This document shows, piece after piece, positions 19,464 to 29,725 of a stretch of 64,000 nt of DNA. The first letter of the stretch is position 1; every line of letters begins with the position of its first letter. The stretch is taken from contig CBDFJQ010000002.1 of the NCBI GenBank assembly GCA_965248575.1, positions 3,072,001-3,136,000 on the forward strand, in the 5' to 3' direction. The DNA is from Planctomycetota bacterium. Lineage in GTDB: Bacteria; Planctomycetota; B15-G4. Under the pieces are notes generated by a model. That model was not told the origin of the DNA. It did not search any database and saw nothing but the letters and a program-made list of their open reading frames with translations. The position numbers and the translations under genes are program-made.

Positions 19464-19651
19464 GGCGTTCTCCAGGAAGGTGGGTGACCAACCCAGAGCC
19501 CAGATGAATACGCCACTGGTTGGCTAGCCCAACAATACCAAGCGCCCAACGCAGAGGGTGGGGAACGGCAGGACGAACTGGAAAGCGGTTTCCGGCGTCC
19601 TCATGCAGGCGTTCCTGCCCTTGTGCCCCAGGCCAACGCCTGGGCGTTCCT

Positions 19652-21028
19652 TCACACCCCCTCGATCAACCCCAGCAGCTCGTCCCGCTTCTCTTCCATC
19701 AGCGCCACGTCACCACGCGTCTCGACGTTCAGTCGGATCACGGGCTCCGTGTTGCTGGCGCGCAGGTTGAAGCGCCACTCTTCGAACTCGAAGGAGACGC
19801 CGTCGGTTTCGTCGATGCCGAGGGCGTCCTTCGCGTACTGCAGCTTCACGAAGTCGAGCACCTTCTGGATGTCGCCCACCGTGCGGTTGATCTCGCCGCT
19901 GCAGGGGAAGAGGGCTTGGCGCTCTTCCACCAGCTCGCTGAGCTTCTTGCCGGTGCGCTTCATCATGCCGGCCACGATCAGCCACGGGATCATGCCCGTG
20001 TCGCAGTAAGCGAAGTCGCGGAAGTAATGGTGCGCGCTCATCTCGCCGCCGTAGAGGGCGTCGTGGGCGCGCATGTTGTCCTTGATGAAGGCGTGGCCCG
20101 TCTGGGAGAGCACCGGTTGGCCGCCGGCAGCCTGCACCATGTCGAGCGTGTTCCAGGTGAGGCGGGGCTCGTAGATGATCTTGGCGCCCGGCTCACGCTG
20201 CAACATCTCCTGGGCCAGCAGACCCACGATGTAGTAGCCCTCGATAAAGCCGCCCTTCTCGTCGAAGAGGAAGCAACGGTCGAAGTCGCCGTCCCAGGCG
20301 ACGCCCATGTCGGCCTCGTGACCGATCACAGCGTCCGTCGTGGACTGGCGGTTCTCCACCAGCAGCGGGTTGGGCACGCCGTTGGGGAAGTTGCCGTCGG
20401 GCTCGTTGTGCACCTTCACGAAGGTGCCCGGGATCATGCGCTCGAGCGCGTCCACCACCAGGCCCGCGCCGCCGTTGCCAGCGTTGGTCACGATGGTCAT
20501 GTCCGGGAAGCCGCCCTCGGGCACATAGCGCGAGAGCACGTTCAGGTAGTCGGGCAGGATGAAGGGGCGCTCGACGCGACCGCGCGGCGAGGGGCCCGCA
20601 GCGAGGTAGCCGTCGGCCACCAGGTTCTCGATCTCGCGCAAGCCGTTGCCGCCGTGCACGGGCTTCGCACCGCGGCCGACGATCTTCATGCCATTGTAGT
20701 CGGCGGGGTTGTGGCTGGCGGTCACCATGATGCCGCCCTCGACACCCTCGCTCTCGAGGTGTGCCGTGGCGAAGTACACCATCTCCGTGCCACACATGCC
20801 GATGTCCACCACGTCCACGCCCTTGCTCACGATGCCTTCAATGAGAGCGTCGGTCAGCGCGCGGCTCGAGAGGCGCATGTCGTGCCCCACCACCATGCGC
20901 GCAGGGCGGCGCAGCTCCACGAAGGCCTGGCCCACGCGATAGGCGACGGCCTCGTTGAGTTCGTCGGGCACGCGCCCACGGATGTCATAGGCCTTGAAGC
21001 AGGGCAAACGGCGTTCGTTCGTGATCAT
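19652..21028 (-). CDS. manB: Phosphomannomutase (CpsG/ManB)
   Basis: FKAYDIRG, TASHNP phosphoserine motif, DGDFDR metal loop, GGEMSAH, RASNTEP. Confidence 0.97.
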   Translation of the reverse strand: MITNERRLPCFKAYDIRGRVPDELNEAVAYRVGQAFVELRRPARMVVGHDMRLSSRALTDALIEGIVSKGVDVVDIGMCGTEMVYFATAHLESEGVEGGIMVTASHNPADYNGMKIVGRGAKPVHGGNGLREIENLVADGYLAAGPSPRGRVERPFILPDYLNVLSRYVPEGGFPDMTIVTNAGNGGAGLVVDALERMIPGTFVKVHNEPDGNFPNGVPNPLLVENRQSTTDAVIGHEADMGVAWDGDFDRCFLFDEKGGFIEGYYIVGLLAQEMLQREPGAKIIYEPRLTWNTLDMVQAAGGQPVLSQTGHAFIKDNMRAHDALYGGEMSAHHYFRDFAYCDTGMIPWLIVAGMMKRTGKKLSELVEERQALFPCSGEINRTVGDIQKVLDFVKLQYAKDALGIDETDGVSFEFEEWRFNLRASNTEPVIRLNVETRGDVALMEEKRDELLGLIEGV

Positions 21029-21067
21029 CTAAGAGGGTCTCGGTCGAGCCTGGGAGCGTGAGGCGAG

Positions 21068-22192
21068 TCAGCGGATGTCGTCGTCGAGCAGGGCGACGAG
21101 CTTCTTGATGTCTTCAGCGCGGTCGCGCGGTGCCACGAGCGTGCGCTTGCCGGCGCGCACGATGACGAGGTCAGAGGCGCCGACGATGGCCACCACCTCT
21201 TCGTCGTCCTCGGAGAAGACGATGTTGTCCTCGGCATCAATGCCGAAGAGCCGGGCGCGATGGGCGTTGCCCTGCGCATCGGTAGGCAAGTGGTCGGCGA
21301 GGGCCGTGAAGCTGCCCACGTCGTGCCAGCTGAAGGTGGCCGCGACGCAGCGCACGTTGCGGGCGTTCTCCATGACTCCAAAGTCGATGGAGACCTTCTC
21401 GAGGGGTTCGAAAGCCTCCACCAGCCGCAGCGCGAAGTCGTGGGCGCCGTCATGCTTCACGGCCTCACGGATGTGCGTGAGGTGCTCGGGCAGCTGGCGC
21501 TCGATTTCATCCAGGATGGCGGAGCTGCGCCACACGAACATGCCGCTGTTCCACAGGAAGCGGCCGCCGTCGAGGTAGCACTGGGCCGTGGCCAGGTTGG
21601 GCTTCTCGACGAAGCGAACCAACTGGTGATGCGAGACGGCGTCGTGTTCGTTGTCCGAGCCCTCGGTCGCGATGGTCTCGCCCAACTCGAGGTAACCGAA
21701 ACCCGTCGCAGGGTGATCGGGGCGGATGCCAAAGGTGTAGAGCACATCGCCTGCGGACGCAGCGCGCGCCGCCGACAGGATCGTGTTGCGGAATTCTTCG
21801 ATGGGCTCGATGAGGTGGTCGGCCGTCACGATGGCCATCACGGCGTCGCCGAATCGCTCCTGAACCAACACGCTCGCGAGGGTCACCGCGGCCGCGGTGT
21901 CTCGACGCAAGGGTTCGCCGACGATGTTCTCCTCCGGCAACTCGGGCATCTGCATGCGCGCAAGCGTCACGTAGTCGGCGCTTGTGAGCACCAGGATGCG
22001 TTCGGGAGGCAGGATCGCCGCGAGCCGCTTGTAGCTCTGCTGCACCAGGGAGTCCTCACCGAAGAAGGTGAGGAACTGCTTGGGGCGGTCCTGGGTCGAG
22101 GCAGGCCAGAAGCGGGTCCCCGCGCCGCCGGCCATGATGACGCCGACGAGGTCCTGGGCAGGGTCGAGAGACTGTGAGTCCGAGGAAGCCAT
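21068..22192 (-). CDS. manC: Mannose-1-phosphate guanylyltransferase (no C-terminal PMI cupin)
   Basis: MAGGAGTRFWPAS..RPKQFL, EPLRRDTA, ADH, FVEKP, WNSGMF, SIDFGVME, WHDVGS. Confidence 0.95.
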   Translation of the reverse strand: MASSDSQSLDPAQDLVGVIMAGGAGTRFWPASTQDRPKQFLTFFGEDSLVQQSYKRLAAILPPERILVLTSADYVTLARMQMPELPEENIVGEPLRRDTAAAVTLASVLVQERFGDAVMAIVTADHLIEPIEEFRNTILSAARAASAGDVLYTFGIRPDHPATGFGYLELGETIATEGSDNEHDAVSHHQLVRFVEKPNLATAQCYLDGGRFLWNSGMFVWRSSAILDEIERQLPEHLTHIREAVKHDGAHDFALRLVEAFEPLEKVSIDFGVMENARNVRCVAATFSWHDVGSFTALADHLPTDAQGNAHRARLFGIDAEDNIVFSEDDEEVVAIVGASDLVIVRAGKRTLVAPRDRAEDIKKLVALLDDDIR

Positions 22193-22354
22193 GACGGGCC
22201 TCGCGAGAGGGTTCAGAAGCGGGAATCCACCTGCTTCATCGGCCTCGCGCGGCTTCGGACTTTTGCCCGTTCGGGCTTCCCTGGTGTAGAACGTCGAGTC
22301 CGGGAGCCACCGACCCTGAGACCGCGTTTTTGGGATGCCCTGGGCAAACGCGAC

Positions 22355-24139
22355 CTATGGGTTCGCGTCGCTGGGATCCACGCTGCGCACGTCCGTCATG
22401 CCACCCGCCAGGAAGTCGGGCACTCCTATGGACGCCCTGGCGGCTTCGCTGTCGCCATCCAACTCGACCTCGTTCTCGGAGCCAGCTGCGGCTTCCGCAG
22501 CCACCTCTTCCGGGCTCTCGAACTGGCGAATCAGCTTGGCTGGGACACCGGCCGCCAGGCAGTTCGGGGGCACATCCTTCGTGACCACGCTGCCGGCACC
22601 GATGACGGAGTTGTCGCCGATCGTGACGCCCTTGAGCACCACCACGCGCACACCCAACCACACGTTCTTGCCGAGCACGATGGGTGCAGAGTCCGGGACG
22701 GCATCCAGGGCGCCGACCTTGTGGTAGTCGTTGTCCATCATGATGGCATAGGAGCCGATCTGACTGCCGTCACCGATGCTCACCCGCTCATGGGCAGACA
22801 GCGACGCACCGTAGTTGATGAACACGCCGTCGCCGATCTCCAGCTCGCCACCGGGGTGTGCGACGAACTCGCTGCGCACGGTGTTCGAGAAGATGGTCGT
22901 GCGCGCGCCCACCACCATGCGTCCCAAGTTTGTGATACGCGGCTTGCCGTAGGTCCGCACGCGCGTGCCGACACTCTGCAGCGAACGCAACCAGACGCGG
23001 GCCGTCAGCACGGGCCAGGCTGCTGCGAAGAGAGCACGCAAGCTCCTGCCCGTTGCCGCCGGAGCGCGCACGGCGGCTTCCGTCTCTGCCACGATCTCAT
23101 CGATGCGCCGGACGAAGACATCCAGATCACGGTCCAGTTCAACCACGTCCCGACCGGCGCGGCCCATGCGCTCGCGACGCGGTGCGTCTGCCAAGAGCTC
23201 GCGCAGGGTTTCACGCAAGGCATCCGCATCACCGGGGGCAACGCGAGCCACGGCATCGCAGCCTTCGATGGAGTCGGCGATGCCTGATGTGTCGGAGACC
23301 ACGACGGGCGTCGCGGTGGCCAGGGCCTCGAAGATGGAGGTCACGCCCGCAGGCGAATCCACGTCCTGCAAGGGCACCACGGCGCAGGCCGAGCGCGCGT
23401 AGAGGTCCCGCAGCTCCTCGTAGGAGAGACCTGAGGCCAGGGTCACATTGTCGGGCAAGCCCATGCCTGCCAGCTGATTCTTCCGGCGGGACCAGGGGGA
23501 GTTGCCCACAATGGTGAGCTCTGCATCGAGGCCGTCCATGGCCTCGACGAGCGTCGGGTAGTCGCGCAACTCGCGCCCCACAGCCACCAGGCCTTCGCGC
23601 GGCGTGACATCTGGGTCGTCGGAGACAAGCAGCGCTGGCGGCACGAAGAAGCGCGCGTCGCAGTGGAACTGGATGCGGTGCAGGCGCGTGGGATCAAAGC
23701 CCAGCTGCTCGGCCGCGAAGTCCGTCTGCTTCGATGTGTAGGCGATGACGGCATCGATGCCGCGACGCAAGCCGAGCGCCTTGAACACAGAAACCTTCTT
23801 GGGTGCTGAGAGCATGTGCCCGATCATCACGTGCACGGAGCCCGCGCGCCGGATTCTCAGCAGGAGCGACAAGGCCATGCCGACGTTCTCGGCCGTGGTG
23901 AAGTAGGTCGAGGCCCGGCGCTGCCAACCCATGTAGGCCAGGGCGGTGTTCTTGCCCGTCAGCTTGCGCACCCAGCGCACGCGGCGGCTGGTGCTGGCCT
24001 CGACGTCCGACCAGCTCAGCACCTCGGCTTCGAGGGCAGTGGCCAGTTCGTCGAAGTCGAGTCTTGGGTGTCCGCCCTCCGCCGCTTCGGCGCGGAGCCG
24101 GGCGACATCCGTGGGCACCAACATCAATCGGCGGGTCAC
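22355..24139 (-). CDS. Fusion: GT4 glycosyltransferase + hexapeptide-repeat (LbH) O-acyltransferase
   Basis: N-terminal GT-B domain (VGRELRDY, GVTSIFEALA). C-terminal LbH domain (IGDGVFIN, DNDYH, IGDNSVIGAGSVVTKDVP..AGVPAK). Confidence 0.88.
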   Translation of the reverse strand: MTRRLMLVPTDVARLRAEAAEGGHPRLDFDELATALEAEVLSWSDVEASTSRRVRWVRKLTGKNTALAYMGWQRRASTYFTTAENVGMALSLLLRIRRAGSVHVMIGHMLSAPKKVSVFKALGLRRGIDAVIAYTSKQTDFAAEQLGFDPTRLHRIQFHCDARFFVPPALLVSDDPDVTPREGLVAVGRELRDYPTLVEAMDGLDAELTIVGNSPWSRRKNQLAGMGLPDNVTLASGLSYEELRDLYARSACAVVPLQDVDSPAGVTSIFEALATATPVVVSDTSGIADSIEGCDAVARVAPGDADALRETLRELLADAPRRERMGRAGRDVVELDRDLDVFVRRIDEIVAETEAAVRAPAATGRSLRALFAAAWPVLTARVWLRSLQSVGTRVRTYGKPRITNLGRMVVGARTTIFSNTVRSEFVAHPGGELEIGDGVFINYGASLSAHERVSIGDGSQIGSYAIMMDNDYHKVGALDAVPDSAPIVLGKNVWLGVRVVVLKGVTIGDNSVIGAGSVVTKDVPPNCLAAGVPAKLIRQFESPEEVAAEAAAGSENEVELDGDSEAARASIGVPDFLAGGMTDVRSVDPSDANP

Positions 24140-24140
24140 T

Positions 24141-25439
24141 TTAATCCTTCACCAGCCGCTCGTACTCAGCGGCAATGCGGCGGGCAACGAGCCGCGAGTC
24201 GTAACGGGACTCCGCGAACGAACGTCCGAAGACTCCCAGCTCCTTGCGCCGATCCTCGTCCAGCATCAACGCCTTGAATGCCTTGGAGAGGCCCAGGAAA
24301 TCCGACGGCGGCACGATGAGCCCGGCGTCACCGACGACCTCGGGGATGGAGCCGCTCTCGGCCGCAACCACCGGCAAGCCGCTGGCGAGGGCTTCGGGCA
24401 GCACGTATGCGAACTGCTCCAGCCAACCCGGGCGTGCCGTGCTGGCCAAGGCGAAGACGTCCGCAGCGCGGTAGGCGTCGGGGATCTCGTCGTAGGCGAA
24501 GCGCGTGATGCTCACCGACTCGCCGAGCCCGATGCGCTGCGCCAAGTCGTTCAGGCGCGCCTCCTCGGGGCCCGAACCGGCGAGCACCAGGCGGATGCGT
24601 TGCCCCTGGCAGTCGGGGTCGTCGGAGAGCCGCTTCACGGCGTGCACGAGGTCGTGCACCCCCTTCTCCCAGCGCAGGGCAGCCACGCTGAGGATCACGA
24701 ACTCGTCCTCACCGATGCCCATGCGTTCGCGCACGCCACCGTCCCCGCCCTCGGGGTTGAAGCGCTCGACGTCGATGCCTGCCGGAATGACCTTGACCTT
24801 GTCCGGGTCGGCGCCCTCAGTCAGCAAGCACTGCCGCGCCCGATCGGTGATGGCGATGTGGAGGTCCGCGCCCATCAGCACGGCGTACTTCATGTCGCGC
24901 TTGGCCTTGAAGCGTTCCGCCGCGAAGGGGCGGTTCTCCCAGACCGTCGTCACCAGCTTGCAACCGTGCTCGCGCTTGGCCTGCAACCCCTGCCAGGAGA
25001 AGGCGTTGAAGGTCTCCATGGTGTGCACGATGTCGAAGTCGCGCAGCTTCTTCACGAGGCCCAGGTGCAGGTAGTCCAGCCCGCACGTCGCCTGCAGGAA
25101 CAGGTTGAAGTAGAAGCCCAGCTTGCCGCTGATGCGGGTAAAGGGCTCGTCAATTGAGGTCACGTGCCGCAGAGGCACCTGAATCAGATCGGTGGGAAAA
25201 CGGTTGATCGTGAGATGGAAGGCTTCGAGGTCGATCCACGGCAACATCTTGGCGTAGGTCTGCATCTCGAACTGCGAGAGGTAGGCGCCACGCAATACGG
25301 CCACCTTCGCCCGGGCCTGGGACTTCAGCTCGGCGTCTTCGACCATAGCTTCCACGCCGCGGTCGATCATGGCCCGGCGCCGACGCTCTGGGCGCGCGGC
25401 GATCGACGACTCGATGTCCTGGCTCTTCGGTGTACTCAT
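24141..25439 (-). CDS. GT4 glycosyltransferase
   Basis: GIDVERF, LRWEKG, EQFAYVLPEALASGLPVV; start reassigned to ATG 25439 (MSTPKS). Confidence 0.9.
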   Translation of the reverse strand: MSTPKSQDIESSIAARPERRRRAMIDRGVEAMVEDAELKSQARAKVAVLRGAYLSQFEMQTYAKMLPWIDLEAFHLTINRFPTDLIQVPLRHVTSIDEPFTRISGKLGFYFNLFLQATCGLDYLHLGLVKKLRDFDIVHTMETFNAFSWQGLQAKREHGCKLVTTVWENRPFAAERFKAKRDMKYAVLMGADLHIAITDRARQCLLTEGADPDKVKVIPAGIDVERFNPEGGDGGVRERMGIGEDEFVILSVAALRWEKGVHDLVHAVKRLSDDPDCQGQRIRLVLAGSGPEEARLNDLAQRIGLGESVSITRFAYDEIPDAYRAADVFALASTARPGWLEQFAYVLPEALASGLPVVAAESGSIPEVVGDAGLIVPPSDFLGLSKAFKALMLDEDRRKELGVFGRSFAESRYDSRLVARRIAAEYERLVKD

Positions 25440-26050
25440 GTTCCCTCTCCAGCTTCTGCTCCATGCGCGTCCACGCGCGCGACTTCCCGCGCCGGGTGAC
25501 CGGCGACGATCGTGTAGGGCGGCACGTCCTTGGTGACGATGGACCCGGCGGAGACGATGGCGTGCTCGCCGATCGTCACCCCCTTCAGGATGATGCTGCG
25601 GCAACCGATCCAGGCGTGGTCGCCGATCAGGACCGGGCGGTTGTTCATGGGCCGATCACCCACGGGGTGCAGGTCGGTGTCCATGATCACCACGTCCCAA
25701 CCGATCATGCAGTCGCGTCCGATCTCGACCCGGTCCCAGGCGATGATCTCGGCGCCGCGGTTGAGATAGGTGCCGTTGCCGATGCTCAGCTTGCCGCCCT
25801 TGTGCGCCCACAACCGGGTGCCGGGGTAGAGCAGGATGTTCTCGGCCGTGAGCTCCCCGCCTTCGTTCTTGATGAACGGGCGCGGCGAGCCCTTCTCGAC
25901 TGCCAGGAGCCCGGCCTTGTCAAAGGGCCGGCGCAGGAAGATGCCACGCACATAGTTCATGACGGGCGTGCCCGTACTCAAACGGCCCAGCGCCTTTTGG
26001 AGCAGCGTCTTGGGCGCGGGAAGGGCCGGAACCTCAGTGACTGCGGTCAT
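25436..26050 (-). CDS. Hexapeptide-repeat acyltransferase
   Basis: IGNGTYLN, DTDLH, IGDHAWIG, AGSIVTKDVP..VAGHPA; start ATG 26050. Confidence 0.9.
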   Translation of the reverse strand: MTAVTEVPALPAPKTLLQKALGRLSTGTPVMNYVRGIFLRRPFDKAGLLAVEKGSPRPFIKNEGGELTAENILLYPGTRLWAHKGGKLSIGNGTYLNRGAEIIAWDRVEIGRDCMIGWDVVIMDTDLHPVGDRPMNNRPVLIGDHAWIGCRSIILKGVTIGEHAIVSAGSIVTKDVPPYTIVAGHPAREVARVDAHGAEAGEGT

Positions 26051-26676
26051 CAGGATGCTCCCTGCGTTGCCCTGGGCGCGGCATGCGGCAAGACATGGAT
26101 GGCGCGCGCGGGCTTGGCCGTGACGATGGCCCCCGGCTCCACGATGCCGCTGACCACGGCGCCTGCGGCGACCACGGCACCAGCGCCAATGCGTGCACCG
26201 GCCACGATCACGGCCTTGGCGCCAATCCAGGCACCGTCGCCGATGACCACCGGCTGGGCGTCGCCCACGCCGGGGCACTCGCCGTGGCCCGGCGTGTCCG
26301 TGATGATCACGTCCCAGGCGATCATGGCCTGCTTGCCGATGGACACTTCGCGCTCGGCGTACACGAGGGTGTTGCGGTTGACGTAGGTTCCGTCGCCGAT
26401 GCGAATCGTGGCACCCGGAATCGCGCGCAGCTGGACGCCCGGGTAGAGCCCGACGTCACCCAGATGGATCTCGCCGCCACCGGTGTCGATGACGGGGGTT
26501 GGCCGACCACGCAGCCGCGCGATGGCGCCGGCCGTCGTGCAACGGGAACGTAGCAAGGCTCCCAAGGCGTAGGACGGCAGCGAGTATCGACGGCCGAGGG
26601 CGAAGTGCCTGCGGTAGATGCCGAGCGCGCCGTGCGCCGACGCGGGTTCGGTCGGTGGCATGGCGGATCCGTTCAC
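26050..26676 (-). CDS. Hexapeptide-repeat acyltransferase
   Basis: IGDGTYVN, IGDGAWIG, IGAGAVVAAGAVV; GTG start overlapping upstream TGA. Confidence 0.88.
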   Translation of the reverse strand: MNGSAMPPTEPASAHGALGIYRRHFALGRRYSLPSYALGALLRSRCTTAGAIARLRGRPTPVIDTGGGEIHLGDVGLYPGVQLRAIPGATIRIGDGTYVNRNTLVYAEREVSIGKQAMIAWDVIITDTPGHGECPGVGDAQPVVIGDGAWIGAKAVIVAGARIGAGAVVAAGAVVSGIVEPGAIVTAKPARAIHVLPHAAPRATQGAS

Positions 26677-27872
26677 GACACCCGCTCCCTCGCTCCCGCC
26701 TTCTCGATGGAGGCGTTCATGCGCTTGCCGATGACGGTCCACGCAAAGTGTTCCTCCACGAAGGCCCGCCCGGCGCGAGCGAGCTCATTGGCCCGCTCCG
26801 GCTCATGCAGCAGGTCCACCACCTCGGCGGCAAAGCTGTTCGGGTCGTCCGCGAAGATGATGTTCTCGCCGTGGGTCGCAGGGATGCCCTCGGCGCCCAG
26901 GCGCGTCGAAACCACGGCCTTGCCCATGGCCATGGCCTCCACCACCTTGAAGCGGGTGCCTCCACCCACGAGCAGCGGCACCACGAAGACGGACGCCTTG
27001 TGGAACCACTCGCGGATGTCTTCCACGTAGCCCGTGAAGTGCACGTGGTCGTTGCACAGGACCTCGAGCTCCGGGGTGACCCGGCCGCCTGCGCCGATGA
27101 AGCGCGCGCCGCTCACCTCGGTGTGGATGCGGGGCAGGATCTCCTCCACGAACCACTGGGCCGCCTGCTGGTTGGGGTGGTAATGCATCGTGCCGGTGAA
27201 CACCAAGGTGTCCGGCTCGGCCAGCGATTGCGGGGCGGGGCGGAAGAAGTCCACATCGACGCCGTTCTCCACCACGTCGATGAGCAGGTCCGGTGAATGC
27301 TGGAGCAGCAGCTCGCGATCGCGGGGTGATGTCACCGTGACCCGCTCCGCCCGCTCAAGCACCGCCAGCTCCTCGCGGCGGAACTTGCTGTACTCCGTCA
27401 GTTGGTAGAGCTTGCGCAAGGAGGGAGAGGATGACTCGCACTCGCGCTGCAACAGGTCCCATTCGACGTTGTGCTCGTCCACCACGATGGCCGGGCCCTC
27501 GGGGAAGTCGAAGCAACCCATCTGCGAGAACTCCACCACGATCACGTCGATGGCTTCGCTGGCCACCATCTCGTCCAGGGCAGCCTGCATGGACTCGGTG
27601 CGGTGGGCGATGTGCTGGAAGGAGTGGCGCGAGAACAGGGAGCGGGCCTGGTTGAGCCTCTTCCGCTCTGGGTGCGGGCGCTGCACTTCTTCGTGCCGCT
27701 CGACGAAGTCGAGCAAGGGGCCGCGATCTTCATCGGGATCGAAGGGTGAGACGTAGCAGAGGGAGTAGACCTCATGCTCCCGGGCCACTTCGCGCATCAG
27801 GTTATAGATGCGGACCGTGCCACCGAAGGTGGGCGGATAAGCCGGGTACGGCGAGAAAAACAAGACCTTCAC
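26673..27872 (-). CDS. GT4 glycosyltransferase
   Basis: YPPTFGG.VR, DEHNVE, ENGVD, FTGTMHY.PN, GGTRFKVVEAMAMG. Confidence 0.92.
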   Translation of the reverse strand: MKVLFFSPYPAYPPTFGGTVRIYNLMREVAREHEVYSLCYVSPFDPDEDRGPLLDFVERHEEVQRPHPERKRLNQARSLFSRHSFQHIAHRTESMQAALDEMVASEAIDVIVVEFSQMGCFDFPEGPAIVVDEHNVEWDLLQRECESSSPSLRKLYQLTEYSKFRREELAVLERAERVTVTSPRDRELLLQHSPDLLIDVVENGVDVDFFRPAPQSLAEPDTLVFTGTMHYHPNQQAAQWFVEEILPRIHTEVSGARFIGAGGRVTPELEVLCNDHVHFTGYVEDIREWFHKASVFVVPLLVGGGTRFKVVEAMAMGKAVVSTRLGAEGIPATHGENIIFADDPNSFAAEVVDLLHEPERANELARAGRAFVEEHFAWTVIGKRMNASIEKAGARERVS

Positions 27873-29047
27873 GAGTCTCCTCCTGACTTGCCTGCGCCGA
27901 CTTCCTGGAGCACTGCGGTAATCTGCGCCGCATACTGCTCCGCGCCGAAACGCTCCGTGACGATGCTCCTCGCGCCGGCGCCTAGGCGCTGTCGCAGCGA
28001 CACGTCGACCACCAGTGAGAGCATGGCGTCGGACAGTGCCTGAGGGTTCTTTGGCTGGACCAGCAAGCCGTTGCGACCGTTTTCGACGATCTCCCGGATG
28101 CCGCCTGCATTGGTGGCGATCACCGGAACACCGTGGACCATCGATTCAATGACGATCATCCCGAAGGCCTCCTCCCAGGCGGAGTCCACCACCACGTCCA
28201 TGGTCCGGTAAACCGGCGCCATGTCGTCGCAGAAGCCGAGGAACTTCACGCGGTGCGCAATACCCAGCGACACGGCGAGTTCCTTCAGGTAGTCGCCGAA
28301 GCCCTGGTTGCCATCTTCGAGCGAATCGTCACCGGCGATCACGAACCAGGCGTCAGGTGCTTGCTCCAGAACGCGCGAGGCTGCGCGCAGGAAGTAGTCC
28401 TGCCCCTTGCTCGGAGCCAGGCGGGACACGGCACCGATCACTACGGCGCCCGGATCGATCCCCAGTTGGCGTCGGAGATCCGGGCCTTCTTCCGGCATGG
28501 CTGTCTCGATACCATTGTGCACGACCTGGATGCGTTCCATGTCGGAACCGAGGCGACTGATGTAGTCCGCCTTCATGGCGTTCGAGTTGGAGAGGATCGC
28601 CTTGGCACGGCGTAACGCCAGGCGGTTCAAGGTGTTGGCGACGTAGTGGCCGTGCACGTGATAGATGAAAGGCCGGCGCGTCAGCAGCGACACGAAGTAG
28701 CACGTGAACACTGAGCGGATCTTGTCCGAGGTGTGCAGGACCTCTACGCGGTTCTTCAGGACGAAGAACGCCAGGCGCACGATGGTCCAAAGCGTGGCCG
28801 GGATCATGGCCAGGTCGTGCAGGTACTGCACGAAGGGGTGTCGAACGTCGGCCGGCTTGGTGCCGAAGGTGCAGCGCACCAGCTCCTGCTCGGGGATGCG
28901 CGAGATGGCGCGCTCGGGCCGCCCCCCCTTCTGGCAAGCCACGGCGACCCTGAACAGCTTGCGGTCCAGCTTCTTCAACATGGTGGTGAGCACCGTCACC
29001 ACGCCACCGACCTCGGTGTTGGTATCGAAGAACAGAACGGAGCGCAT
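27869..29047 (-). CDS. GT4 glycosyltransferase
   Basis: VGG N-terminal loop, VHNGI, RLAPSKG, EAFGMIVIESM; start ATG 29047. Confidence 0.92.
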   Translation of the reverse strand: MRSVLFFDTNTEVGGVVTVLTTMLKKLDRKLFRVAVACQKGGRPERAISRIPEQELVRCTFGTKPADVRHPFVQYLHDLAMIPATLWTIVRLAFFVLKNRVEVLHTSDKIRSVFTCYFVSLLTRRPFIYHVHGHYVANTLNRLALRRAKAILSNSNAMKADYISRLGSDMERIQVVHNGIETAMPEEGPDLRRQLGIDPGAVVIGAVSRLAPSKGQDYFLRAASRVLEQAPDAWFVIAGDDSLEDGNQGFGDYLKELAVSLGIAHRVKFLGFCDDMAPVYRTMDVVVDSAWEEAFGMIVIESMVHGVPVIATNAGGIREIVENGRNGLLVQPKNPQALSDAMLSLVVDVSLRQRLGAGARSIVTERFGAEQYAAQITAVLQEVGAGKSGGDS

Positions 29048-29167
29048 GGCAGGGACCGAGGAGAGGCAGGGCATCGGCCCTCTCATCGGCATGTTCGAGG
29101 CGCTGCCTGTGGGAGAATCGAGAGGCCTCTATCTCCATGTATTCGGGCCCTGAGACCCGTTTTGAAC

Positions 29168-29725
29168 CTATTCGAACATCGGGCGAAACGTCAGGCGGTA
29201 AGACAGCTCCCGGTTCCGTTCCTTGATCTTCTTGGCCGGTGTGCCGCCTACGACCTCGAAGGGCTCCACATCCTTGGCCACGACGGCCCCCGCAGCGACC
29301 ACGGCGCCCTCGCCGATGCACACCCCGGGAAGCAGGGTGACCCGGGATCCGATCCAGGCCCTGTCCTCCACCGTGATGCTCTTGTCCTGGATGCCGAACT
29401 CGGGGTCATCCACGAGATGCTCCGAGGTGATCATCGAGACCTCGGGGGAGATGGACACGTTGTTGCCGATGCGGATCCCGCCGCGCATGTCGAAGTAGCA
29501 ACCGCGATTGATGATGGAGTTCTCGCCGATCACGAGCCCCCCCGCGCCGCGACCCAGCAGGCGGTAGAAGTAGAACCGGCAGCCCATGAGCACGGAGGTT
29601 CCCGCGCCGATGCGTACGCCCAGCAGGCGGTGCAGCCACGCATGCCGCACGGTGTACGAGGGCACATGGGTGATGAAGTGGTTCGTCAGGTAGGCGAGGA
29701 AACGTGTGATCCACATATCAGGCAC
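29168..29725 (-). CDS. Hexapeptide-repeat acyltransferase (WcaF-like)
   Basis: IGENSIIN, IGNNVSIS, TSEH, IGEGAVVAAGAVVAKDV..VGGTPAK. Confidence 0.9.
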   Translation of the reverse strand: MPDMWITRFLAYLTNHFITHVPSYTVRHAWLHRLLGVRIGAGTSVLMGCRFYFYRLLGRGAGGLVIGENSIINRGCYFDMRGGIRIGNNVSISPEVSMITSEHLVDDPEFGIQDKSITVEDRAWIGSRVTLLPGVCIGEGAVVAAGAVVAKDVEPFEVVGGTPAKKIKERNRELSYRLTFRPMFE

